From assembly GCA_964485935.1 (NCBI GenBank), contig CAZALG010000001.1:1-52428 (forward strand): DNA of 52,428 nt, given 5' to 3'. Below, piece by piece: positions 45,428 through 52,428 of this stretch (positions are counted from its first letter, which is position 1; the number at the start of each line of letters is the position of its first letter). The translations under genes were made by a program, and so were the position numbers. The notes below the pieces were generated by a model, which was not told the origin of the DNA, did not search any database, and saw only the letters and a list, made by a program, of their open reading frames with translations. The DNA comes from an uncultured bacterium. Its GTDB lineage: Bacteria > Hydrothermota > UBA3072.

Positions 45428-46404
45428 CCCTCCTTATAGAAAGTGATATTTTTTTCTCCTTTAGTTGAAAGAGAAAGGTAATGCAACCCTTCTTCCAATG
45501 GAGGAATGGAATCACTTCCTATAAATATAACATTAGAGTCTTCATCTTTTGTATAATTTGTTATTTTTTCACCGTCAAGGCTTATTTCAACCGCTTCATC
45601 AGGGTCTTCTAATATAAAAACAATTTCAAAATCTTTCCCCACAACTGACCCTTCTTCTGGGAATACAAAACGTGTTTCTTTAAAATCTTCTTCGGAGATA
45701 ATTCCACCAGCTAAAGCACTTTCGGAAATTTTGGAGGATAGCCTTTCTATTTTGAAATTAGGAGGTTCTAAAGAATAAGTTTCTTCGCTTTGACTGAAAT
45801 CCATTGTTGTTTTACCCTTTGGTGCAGCTAATTCCTTAGAAAATTTCTGAATTTTTTCTCCTTCAACAAAATCTTTTTTTGCTACTGGCAATGAAGTTCT
45901 CGGAACTTTGGCCTCTTTCAATCTGGATTCCACAACTGGTCTTGCATCGCCAACTTCTTCTACTTTCTCTTTGTCCAAAGACTTTTCTGCACTTTTTAAA
46001 ACTTCTATTTCATCCAAAGTTTCCGTCTTCTGTATTTCCTGAGGTTTTTTTGTTGTTAACGTTAGATTATCATTATCTATGTTAAGTAAAACCGTAGAAA
46101 CAATTATTAAAACAGCCGCAGCGCTCACTGCTAAATATCTCCATCTGATCTTTGCCGAACTTATTATTACCGGAACTTCCTCTTGAGTGGTGTTTTTCAA
46201 TATATTGTCTATTAAATAGTCAGGGCACTGGATTTCCTCCTTTGTCAAACGCAGTTTTTGCAAAAGTGTTTCTTTACGCTTAAGTTCTTCTTTGCATTTC
46301 TCGCAGGATTTTAGATGTTTTTCTAAATCCCGGCGTTCTTTATTGTCTAAAGCATTATCCAAATAACCCTGTATTAATTCTTCAAATCTTTTATGATTTT
46401 TCAT
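45424..46404 (-). CDS. Anti-sigma factor (zf-HC2), single TM, with an extracytoplasmic Ig-like C-terminal domain
   Basis: HLKSCEKCKEEL (H-x3-C-x2-C) and TM segment YLAVSAAAVLIIVSTVLL. The start overlaps the sigma gene stop by 4 nt. Confidence 0.7.
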   Translation of the reverse strand: MKNHKRFEELIQGYLDNALDNKERRDLEKHLKSCEKCKEELKRKETLLQKLRLTKEEIQCPDYLIDNILKNTTQEEVPVIISSAKIRWRYLAVSAAAVLIIVSTVLLNIDNDNLTLTTKKPQEIQKTETLDEIEVLKSAEKSLDKEKVEEVGDARPVVESRLKEAKVPRTSLPVAKKDFVEGEKIQKFSKELAAPKGKTTMDFSQSEETYSLEPPNFKIERLSSKISESALAGGIISEEDFKETRFVFPEEGSVVGKDFEIVFILEDPDEAVEISLDGEKITNYTKDEDSNVIFIGSDSIPPLEEGLHYLSLSTKGEKNITFYKEG

Positions 46405-46931
46405 ATTTTTTCCTTTACCATTTCTCCAAGTTTTATAAGGGTTCTATGTAACCTGGATCTTACTGTCCCAATAGGTATTCCCAATATTTGCGCTATGGCA
46501 GAATAGTCACAGTCCTCGTAATATCTGAGCACTAAAATTTCCTGGTATTTCTTTGGTAGTAAGTATATCATGTTCTTGATGAGTTGCCGTTCGGATTTCA
46601 TAAGAGCAAACTTCTCTGGATTACCTTCTGTAGCGGGATCGGCAATATCATCGATAGAAACCTTATCTCTCTTGCGAGCTTGTTCTCTTCGGTATTTAAA
46701 AACAGTATTAAGAGCTATCCTGTAAAGCCATGTATAAACGGCCGAATCTCCTCTAAATGACTTAAATCCCCTCCAGGCATTCATGAAAACATCCTGGGTT
46801 AATTCATTTGTTATTTCGTAATTATTTGTCATGTTATAAATCATTTTAAAAATCCTCTGAGTGTGAGTTTTAACAATCTTCTCAAATCTTTCTTTCCTCT
46901 GTTCATCATTTTTACTCCCCCGTCTCTTCAT
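46401..46931 (-). CDS. ECF-type RNA polymerase sigma factor (sigma-70 family, regions 2 and 4)
   Basis: DVFMNAWRGFKSFRGDSAVYTWLYRIALNT (region 2) and YQEILVLRYYEDCDYSAIAQILGIPIGTVRSRLHR (region 4). The ATG at 46931 is preferred over TTG 46949, because the ECF-type promoter at 46940..46967 occupies the TTG. Confidence 0.8.
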   Translation of the reverse strand: MKRRGSKNDEQRKERFEKIVKTHTQRIFKMIYNMTNNYEITNELTQDVFMNAWRGFKSFRGDSAVYTWLYRIALNTVFKYRREQARKRDKVSIDDIADPATEGNPEKFALMKSERQLIKNMIYLLPKKYQEILVLRYYEDCDYSAIAQILGIPIGTVRSRLHRTLIKLGEMVKEKI

Positions 46932-46939
46932 TTTTCTAT

Positions 46940-46967
46940 TTAGATACAAAATCCGGAAGTTAGTTCC
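46940..46967 (-). promoter_or_regulatory. ECF-type promoter GGAACTA-N16-TCTAA directly upstream of the ECF sigma gene (putative autoregulation)
   Basis: The minus strand reads TAG GGAACTA acttccggattttgta TCTAA atagaaaa ATG. The motif is identical to those at 48782..48809 and 51368..51395. Confidence 0.6.
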
Positions 46968-48470
46968 CTAAAAATCATACTCATATATAATTCTAAGCAG
47001 GTGTTCATCATATCCGTTTTCCAAATATGGATAGTAGTTTATGTTTATATTCCCGAAGCTACCCAAACCCAACGTAGCGTCTACATTAAAATCAAAACTT
47101 GTACTTGAATCGTCCACGCAAGAATAAATACCAAAGGATAGTATATGGTCTCCATGATACCAGGAAATATTAGATAAAATCCTGTAAGCTCTTGTCTCTT
47201 CTATATAGACCGTTTTTTCGACCCCTATTGTATTTTCCATTTGCAGAGAACCCGAGACAGATTCAAAACCCAGTCCGATATAAGTGTATTGCTCATCATA
47301 ATATTCGGGATATTTAGCCCACTGATACTCAAGAACCGGCGAGAAACAATCGAATAGGTTCCATTTGAACGATTGATTCAAGGATACACCAGAGGTTTCA
47401 TTATCTTCGTAGGCAAGGTAATCGAAGTAAGTATAAAAGGGCCCCTTTTCATATATTCCGTTGACAAAACCGGAGGTCCTCCCGTTGTAAATATAAGAAT
47501 TCCCTGGTGTGAGATACCCATCACTCACCGTTCTTATCCCTATTTCTATATCATTCAAATTTGATTCATATACTAATTTGCCTTCAAAAGCGCTTCCTTT
47601 CATGATAGAATCTGCATAAAGATTGTCATTACCGCTTGAAAAAGCCCCTTTTATTTTTAAGGATATTACCTTATTAATATCCAATTCTGTTTCTAATGAC
47701 AGAACACCTGCTTCCTCCGGATCCTCGAATGTAAACTCCATTACATTCGAAGTATCGTCCCTTCCGTAAAAAGCTGTTAGCCCCATAGATAATGGGCCTT
47801 TTTTGAAGATTGTTTTACCACCAAGGAGCCATCTGGGATATTCTGCAAATAAAGAATCATAATCATCTGAGTATAAGATAACAGGAATTATGGAAAAATT
47901 CCCTGCACCTATTTCACCGCTTATTCCAAAACCTCCTGGAGAGCAGATTGTCAACTCATGTAGATATGGCGAAATATAACCCGCTTCCAGATAGTATTTA
48001 CCTTTTAAATAGCTTAAGTATGGGTACCAGTCTATCTCGTATTGCGGGTCATGATAAAGTGAGACCCTTAAGTAATTTTCACTCTTATAAACAGAAAAGT
48101 CTAAACCTAAAAGAGCTTCGTTTTCTCCTGTATAGAAGGTATCCGCAAAATAGGAATTATAATTTCCTATTGAAAGACTCCCCGAAAAAACAAATGGGAT
48201 TTCCTCTTTTTTTTCGGTTACAAAGAAATCCCATTCTTCTGCTTCGTTTTCGGTTTTCACTTTTAATTTGTGCTTCCCTCCGGATAGATTATTCGCTTCC
48301 GCAAAGAAATATCCTGATTTTATTTCACCGGGGAATCGCACTCCATCTAAATAAACGTTAATCAATCTTTCTTCTACCGGCGGATCGAACAGGATAGTAA
48401 TATCAAAAGGTCTGGAAACCGAATCATTAGGAGAAATTAGAAATATGGTTGAAATAATTATTTCTATCAT
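46968..48470 (-). CDS. Hypothetical outer-membrane beta-barrel-like protein with an N-terminal Ig-like module
   Basis: 500 aa, rich in alternating aromatic/polar beta-strand patterns, with a C-terminal ...LLRIIYEYDF (terminal Phe). The N-terminal segment resembles the anti-sigma C-terminal domain. Confidence 0.45.
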   Translation of the reverse strand: MIEIIISTIFLISPNDSVSRPFDITILFDPPVEERLINVYLDGVRFPGEIKSGYFFAEANNLSGGKHKLKVKTENEAEEWDFFVTEKKEEIPFVFSGSLSIGNYNSYFADTFYTGENEALLGLDFSVYKSENYLRVSLYHDPQYEIDWYPYLSYLKGKYYLEAGYISPYLHELTICSPGGFGISGEIGAGNFSIIPVILYSDDYDSLFAEYPRWLLGGKTIFKKGPLSMGLTAFYGRDDTSNVMEFTFEDPEEAGVLSLETELDINKVISLKIKGAFSSGNDNLYADSIMKGSAFEGKLVYESNLNDIEIGIRTVSDGYLTPGNSYIYNGRTSGFVNGIYEKGPFYTYFDYLAYEDNETSGVSLNQSFKWNLFDCFSPVLEYQWAKYPEYYDEQYTYIGLGFESVSGSLQMENTIGVEKTVYIEETRAYRILSNISWYHGDHILSFGIYSCVDDSSTSFDFNVDATLGLGSFGNININYYPYLENGYDEHLLRIIYEYDF

Positions 48471-48480
48471 AATTTAGGTT

Positions 48481-48509
48481 ATTTTATTGTTTTCTACACA
48501 ATTGGTCAA
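48481..48509 (-). promoter_or_regulatory. Sigma70-like promoter (CCC)TTGACC-17-TAAAAT, 10 nt before ATG 48470
   Basis: Complement of 48504..48509 is TTGACC. Complement of 48481..48486 is TAAAAT. No SD. Confidence 0.45.
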
Positions 48510-48781
48510 GGGTTTTTTGCCTTTTCTGTAAAAAGATTGAACCACAAAGTACGCAAAGAGCACAAAGATTTTGTTTTGTTAACTATATATTTCACAGGGT
48601 ATCAATTTCTTTTGCAAAGCTGAAGCTTTACTCTACATTTAAAAGATAGAGGTAGGGAAGAGTTCAAAAACAGAATAATTAGTTGGGCATGGGGTGGCTT
48701 TGTGTTCTTCGTGGTCTCTGTGGTTAAAACTATGTGTTAGCGGTTTTGCCGAGACGAACTCTTTTAAGTAAAAGTTTTTTT

Positions 48782-48809
48782 GGAACTAAATAATAATTTT
48801 TTTATCTAA
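48782..48809 (+). promoter_or_regulatory. ECF-type promoter GGAACTA-N16-TCTAA upstream of serpin 1
   Basis: GGAACTA at 48782..48788, a 16-nt spacer, then TCTAA at 48805..48809. A 20-nt leader containing GGAGG precedes ATG 48830. Confidence 0.6.
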
Positions 48810-48829
48810 TATAAAAACAGGAGGAAAAT

Positions 48830-50071
48830 ATGAAAAGTGAAAAAGCGCCTTTTTTGTTTATCGTAATTTTACTTTTAATTTTTAGTTGTGACCTCACCGG
48901 ACCCAGCGAACCGATTCGAGAATTAAGTTCTTCCGAGACGGAACTCATAGAAGCGGACAACTCTTTCGGTCTTAAACTCTTTAAAGAAATCAATGCAGAA
49001 GAAACTGAATCAAATGTTTTTATCTCTCCTCTATCTATTTCGATGGCGCTCGGTATGACTTATAACGGAGCCGCCGGGAGTACCGAGGAAGCGATGAGGA
49101 CTACACTTGAATTTGGTAATTTATCGAGGGGTGAAATAAACGAATCTTATAAAAGCCTGATTGAATTGTTAGGAAGTATTGATTCAGATGTTGAGTTTAA
49201 TATCGCGAATTCTATATGGTATAGAGACGATTTTACTTTCGAACAGGATTTTTTCGGAAGATGCAGAGACTATTTTGACGCGAGAGTAAGCCCACTTGAT
49301 TTCAGCCAAAGTGTCGCGGCAAAGGACACTATGAACAACTGGGTGAACGAAAATACAAATGGCAAAATAAAACAGATAGTCGATAATGTGGACCCATTAG
49401 CCGATGTTATGTTTCTAATAAATGCAATGTATTTTAACGGTACCTGGACTTATCAGTTTAACGAGGAGGACACAAAAGAAGATACTTTCTATCTTTCCGG
49501 AGGAGAAACCAAGATATGCAAAATGATGGAGGTAAGAAGTTATTTTAAATATTTTGAGGATTCGCTCTTACAGGCAATCGATATTCCTTACGGTAATGGC
49601 AATTATTCTATGACTGTTATACTGCCGCAGGAAGACCAAGATATTGATTTAATGATTGCGGGATTAACAAATAGCCAGTGGGATGAGTGGATGGATAGTT
49701 TCACTGAAGATTCGGTGAATTTGTTTCTACCAAAACTTAAACTTGAATATAAAATAAAAGATTTACTGAAGGACGCTCTAACAAATTTGGGAATGGGAAT
49801 TGCATTCGATGACGGGGAAGCGGATTTCACCGGAATGTATGAACCGGGAGGTATTTTTATCGACAGGATAATACATAAAACTTTCCTCGAAGTAGATGAG
49901 GAGGGGACTGAGGCTGCGGCGGCTACGGTTGTAGCGATGGCCTTAACAAGTATTGAAGGTGAAACTTACCCGGTTATTAGAGTAGATAGACCTTTCCTCT
50001 TCGCAATAAGGGAAAATCATTCCGGCACCATACTTTTTATCGGGAAGATTGTCGATCCTGTATGGGATTGA
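48830..50071 (+). CDS. Serpin-family protease inhibitor, lipoprotein (paralog 1)
   Basis: Signal plus lipobox LLLIFSC. Inhibitory-type hinge EEGTEAAAATVV followed by the reactive-centre loop AMALTSIEGETYP and the serpin signature VDRPFLFAIRE. NWV.E.TNGKI and FNG.W motifs are also present. Confidence 0.85.
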   Translation: MKSEKAPFLFIVILLLIFSCDLTGPSEPIRELSSSETELIEADNSFGLKLFKEINAEETESNVFISPLSISMALGMTYNGAAGSTEEAMRTTLEFGNLSRGEINESYKSLIELLGSIDSDVEFNIANSIWYRDDFTFEQDFFGRCRDYFDARVSPLDFSQSVAAKDTMNNWVNENTNGKIKQIVDNVDPLADVMFLINAMYFNGTWTYQFNEEDTKEDTFYLSGGETKICKMMEVRSYFKYFEDSLLQAIDIPYGNGNYSMTVILPQEDQDIDLMIAGLTNSQWDEWMDSFTEDSVNLFLPKLKLEYKIKDLLKDALTNLGMGIAFDDGEADFTGMYEPGGIFIDRIIHKTFLEVDEEGTEAAAATVVAMALTSIEGETYPVIRVDRPFLFAIRENHSGTILFIGKIVDPVWD

Positions 50072-50121
50072 AAGCGTGGAATTAAATAAAATTTTTTTAA
50101 AGGAAATAGCAGGAGGAAAAT

Positions 50122-51360
50122 ATGAAAGGTAAATTGATGTTTCTTTTGTTTGTTATGATCTTACTTTTAGTTTCTGGTTGTGATGTTACGGAGCCCACCG
50201 GACCGCTGCGAGAATTAAGTTCTGCCGAGACGGAACTCATAGAAGCGGACAACTCTTTTGGTCTTAAACTCTTTAAAGAAATCAACACAGAAACTCCAGA
50301 TTCAAATGTTTTTATCTCTCCTCTTTCTATTTCAATGGCGCTTGGCATGACTTATAACGGAGCAGCCGGGAGTACCGAAGAGGCTATGAGAACCACACTT
50401 GAATTCGGTAATCTATCTAGAGGTGAAATAAATGAGTCCTATAAAAGCCTGATAGAATTATTAGAAGAAATAGATTCTGATGTGAAATTCAATATCGCTA
50501 ATTCTATCTGGTATAAATATGATAGGCCTTTTAAACAGGATTTTTTCGAAAGATGTAGAGATTATTTCGATGCGAGAGTAAGCCCACTTGATTTCAATCA
50601 AACTGAAGCAGTGAAGGATACGATTAATAACTGGGTGGAGGAAAACACAAACGGCAGGATAAAGGATATTTTAGATTATGTACACCCACTTGCTGTTATG
50701 TATCTTGTAAATGCGATATATTTTAACGGTAATTGGACATACCAGTTTAACGAGGAGGACACAAAAGACGAGCCGTTCCATCTCCCCGGAGGAGGAACAA
50801 AAGATTGTAAAATGATGGAGGTAAAAAGCCGTTTTAAATATTTTGAGGATTCAGCTATGCAGGCAATCGATATTCCTTACGGTAATGGAAATTATTCGAT
50901 GACTGTTATACTTCCACAGTATGGTGAAGACATAGAGGAGTTTATCGCAGGATTGACGAAAGGCCAGTGGGATGAATGGATGAATAATTTTACTGAAGAT
51001 TCGGTGAATTTGTTTTTACCCAAGCTTAAATTAGAATATAAAACGGACAGCATTCTAAAAGAGGTTCTAAAAGATATGGGAATGGAAATTGCTTTTGATC
51101 AATTCAGAGCAAATTTTACCGGTATGGCTGACCCCTCAAATATCTGGATCGGCAGAGTCATTCATAAGGCCTTTCTGGAGATCGATGAAGAAGGAACAGA
51201 GGCTGCAGCAGCTACTGTTGTTGAAATGTTGGAAAGTGCAGTACCAGTACCCGGCCACCCTACTATATTTGTTAATAGACCTTATATCTTTGCAATCAGG
51301 GAAAATCATTCCGGTACAATACTTTTCATCGGGAAGATTATTGAACCTTTCTGGGAATGA
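50122..51360 (+). CDS. Serpin-family protease inhibitor, lipoprotein (paralog 2)
   Basis: Signal plus lipobox LLLVSGC. Same scaffold as paralog 1, with long identical stretches. The hinge EEGTEAAAATVV is followed by a different loop, EMLESAVPVPGHP, then VNRPYIFAIRE. Confidence 0.85.
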   Translation: MKGKLMFLLFVMILLLVSGCDVTEPTGPLRELSSAETELIEADNSFGLKLFKEINTETPDSNVFISPLSISMALGMTYNGAAGSTEEAMRTTLEFGNLSRGEINESYKSLIELLEEIDSDVKFNIANSIWYKYDRPFKQDFFERCRDYFDARVSPLDFNQTEAVKDTINNWVEENTNGRIKDILDYVHPLAVMYLVNAIYFNGNWTYQFNEEDTKDEPFHLPGGGTKDCKMMEVKSRFKYFEDSAMQAIDIPYGNGNYSMTVILPQYGEDIEEFIAGLTKGQWDEWMNNFTEDSVNLFLPKLKLEYKTDSILKEVLKDMGMEIAFDQFRANFTGMADPSNIWIGRVIHKAFLEIDEEGTEAAAATVVEMLESAVPVPGHPTIFVNRPYIFAIRENHSGTILFIGKIIEPFWE

Positions 51361-51367
51361 AAAATTT

Positions 51368-51395
51368 GGAACTAAAGGAGGTTATTTCAATCTAA
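51368..51395 (+). promoter_or_regulatory. ECF-type promoter GGAACTA-N16-TCTAA upstream of the lipoprotein gene 51417..52289
   Basis: GGAACTA at 51368..51374, a 16-nt spacer, then TCTAA at 51391..51395. A 21-nt leader containing AAGGAGG precedes ATG 51417. Confidence 0.6.
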
Positions 51396-51416
51396 AGAAA
51401 TATAAAGGAGGCTGAG

Positions 51417-52289
51417 ATGAGGAATAGAAGATTGTTAAGTTTGTTAGTTGTTTTTGTTTTAATACTTGTTATTGAGTGTGAAAACAACCCAACCGGCAAC
51501 GATATCTCTATGGATGAAGAAGCAATTGAGGATTATATATTAAACGATCTTGATTTTGCGGGATATTTTTCGTTTGAAGAATATTACGGAGAAGAAGATA
51601 CTGTGACTCGACTCAGGACCATTACAGGTCCGAGTATATGGTATAGAGAACCGCAGAATATAAACAGAGATATGTCGATCAATATAGTCAATGACTCAGC
51701 CTTTGTTAGCTTTTGGGGTAGCGTTGGTGGCGTATTTCATATACTGGAAAGAGATATATCAGCTTCTCCGGATACCGTAATCGACCATCAAAAGAATCTT
51801 GATGATAATTCTTCTAACTATGCAATATTTAAACGTGCCTTAGGAGCGACTGCTTACCGGGGATGGGTTCTTGAAAGCCTAACCGGGGTAAATGTAAATG
51901 GATTAGATCGCCAGAAGGGTGATTGCGTAGTTGTTTGGATTGATTCCCTCAGAATTAATTGTGAATCCTACGAGGACACGTTATTTACTACTCCCTTCGT
52001 ATTTTTCGAGAGAGGAGAGCTTCTTACTTTTGGGGGTCAGGAAGCAGTCACTCTCACCCTTTATTCAGGATATGATATATATTCCTATCTGCATGCCAAT
52101 ACTCTGGGAGACTGGAGAAGATGGGCATTTGAAGAAATTGAGCCAGGAGTATGGCAAGGTGATTGGGTAACTCCGCCTATTCCCGGGATTAGGGCTGTCG
52201 CGTTCGATATTCTGATGAAGGAAGCTATCGACGAAGAATATGGCGCATATCTGTCCAGAATCTGGTTGTTCCCTTACAGGGTAGAGTAA
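51417..52289 (+). CDS. Hypothetical lipoprotein downstream of the serpin pair
   Basis: SD AAGGAGG and signal plus lipobox-like LILVIEC. No recognisable domain. Confidence 0.55.
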   Translation: MRNRRLLSLLVVFVLILVIECENNPTGNDISMDEEAIEDYILNDLDFAGYFSFEEYYGEEDTVTRLRTITGPSIWYREPQNINRDMSINIVNDSAFVSFWGSVGGVFHILERDISASPDTVIDHQKNLDDNSSNYAIFKRALGATAYRGWVLESLTGVNVNGLDRQKGDCVVVWIDSLRINCESYEDTLFTTPFVFFERGELLTFGGQEAVTLTLYSGYDIYSYLHANTLGDWRRWAFEEIEPGVWQGDWVTPPIPGIRAVAFDILMKEAIDEEYGAYLSRIWLFPYRVE

Positions 52290-52312
52290 TTTCCGACCTT
52301 TTTCCGTTTCTT

Positions 52313-52353
52313 CAACAAAGGGGCAGTTTAAACTGCTCCTTTGTTGTTTTTTT
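52313..52353 (+). terminator. Rho-independent terminator
   Basis: Stem CAACAAAGGGGCAG (52313..52326) / CTGCTCCTTTGTTG (52333..52346) with one G-U pair, loop TTTAAA, then TTTTTTT (52347..52353), 24 nt after the stop codon. Confidence 0.8.
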
Positions 52354-52428
52354 ACCTAATTTACAAAAAAATTTTCCGACCCTTGACACTTTGATACAAT
52401 TATGATAGGTTGTAGATATGAAATTTGA

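Noticed and set aside
48778-48790. TTGGAACTAAA as a sigma-54 -24 element
   Set aside because: No GC-containing -12 element (TTGC) sits at the required spacing, and the TGGCAC core is not matched. The ECF-type reading fits all three copies much better.
50078-50105. A fourth ECF-type promoter upstream of serpin 2 (GGAATTA-N16-AGGAA)
   Set aside because: The -35 box has one mismatch and the -10 TCTAA is absent. It looks like a decayed duplicate of the serpin-1 promoter, so it is not called functional.
52383-52428. TTGACA at 52383..52388 and ATGAAATTTGA at the window end as the promoter and start of a next gene
   Set aside because: No convincing -10 hexamer sits at 16-18-nt spacing, and only 11 nt of possible coding sequence are visible. 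This cannot be supported from the window.
933-52428. Search for tRNA, rRNA, tmRNA, transposase, integrase, toxin-antitoxin or known defence genes
   Set aside because: No T-loop-like GGTTCGAATCC or GTTCGA motifs or cloverleaf-sized conserved segments were seen in any intergenic region. No ORF has transposase, integrase, nuclease-helicase or reverse-transcriptase signatures. This is a by-eye check, so small ncRNAs may have been missed.

Overview
AT-rich, densely coding 52.4 kb window read by eye, with no similarity search or HMM run. It comes from a diderm bacterium: it carries LptF/LptG, Lnt, a POTRA/Omp85-type barrel and several proteins ending in a type IX secretion (T9SS) C-terminal sorting domain. 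That suggests an uncultivated FCB-superphylum (Cloacimonadota/Fibrobacterota-like) lineage, which is inference only. Housekeeping blocks are: (minus) map-dgt-lptF-lptG-yjbQ; (plus) transglutaminase-like protein, ABC ATPase, purN, Gfo/Idh/MocA oxidoreductase, lnt, cca; (minus) era, envC-like M23, holB, ricT, metG, UbiA prenyltransferase, uppP. Accessory content is mostly envelope or secreted. It includes T9SS cargo hydrolases (a clan GH-A glycosidase, an M1 aminopeptidase, and a GH116-like/FN3/malectin protein broken by one in-frame TAA), a patatin-POTRA-barrel (type Vd-like) phospholipase, two WG-repeat lipoproteins, a 1015-aa membrane-anchored double beta-propeller protein, a plsC-ACP pair, and an ECF sigma/anti-sigma module beside two tandem lipoprotein serpins. 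The strongest observation is an exact motif GGAACTA-N16-TCTAA present three times, directly upstream of the ECF sigma gene, the first serpin and the lipoprotein after the serpins. This suggests an autoregulated ECF regulon whose output is protease inhibitors. Second, nearly every larger intergenic spacer is built from short-period (mostly 7-nt, some 9-10-nt) degenerate tandem words and from a modular repeat family that includes a ~162-bp element in three copies. No rRNA, tRNA, CRISPR array, transposase or integrase was recognised.
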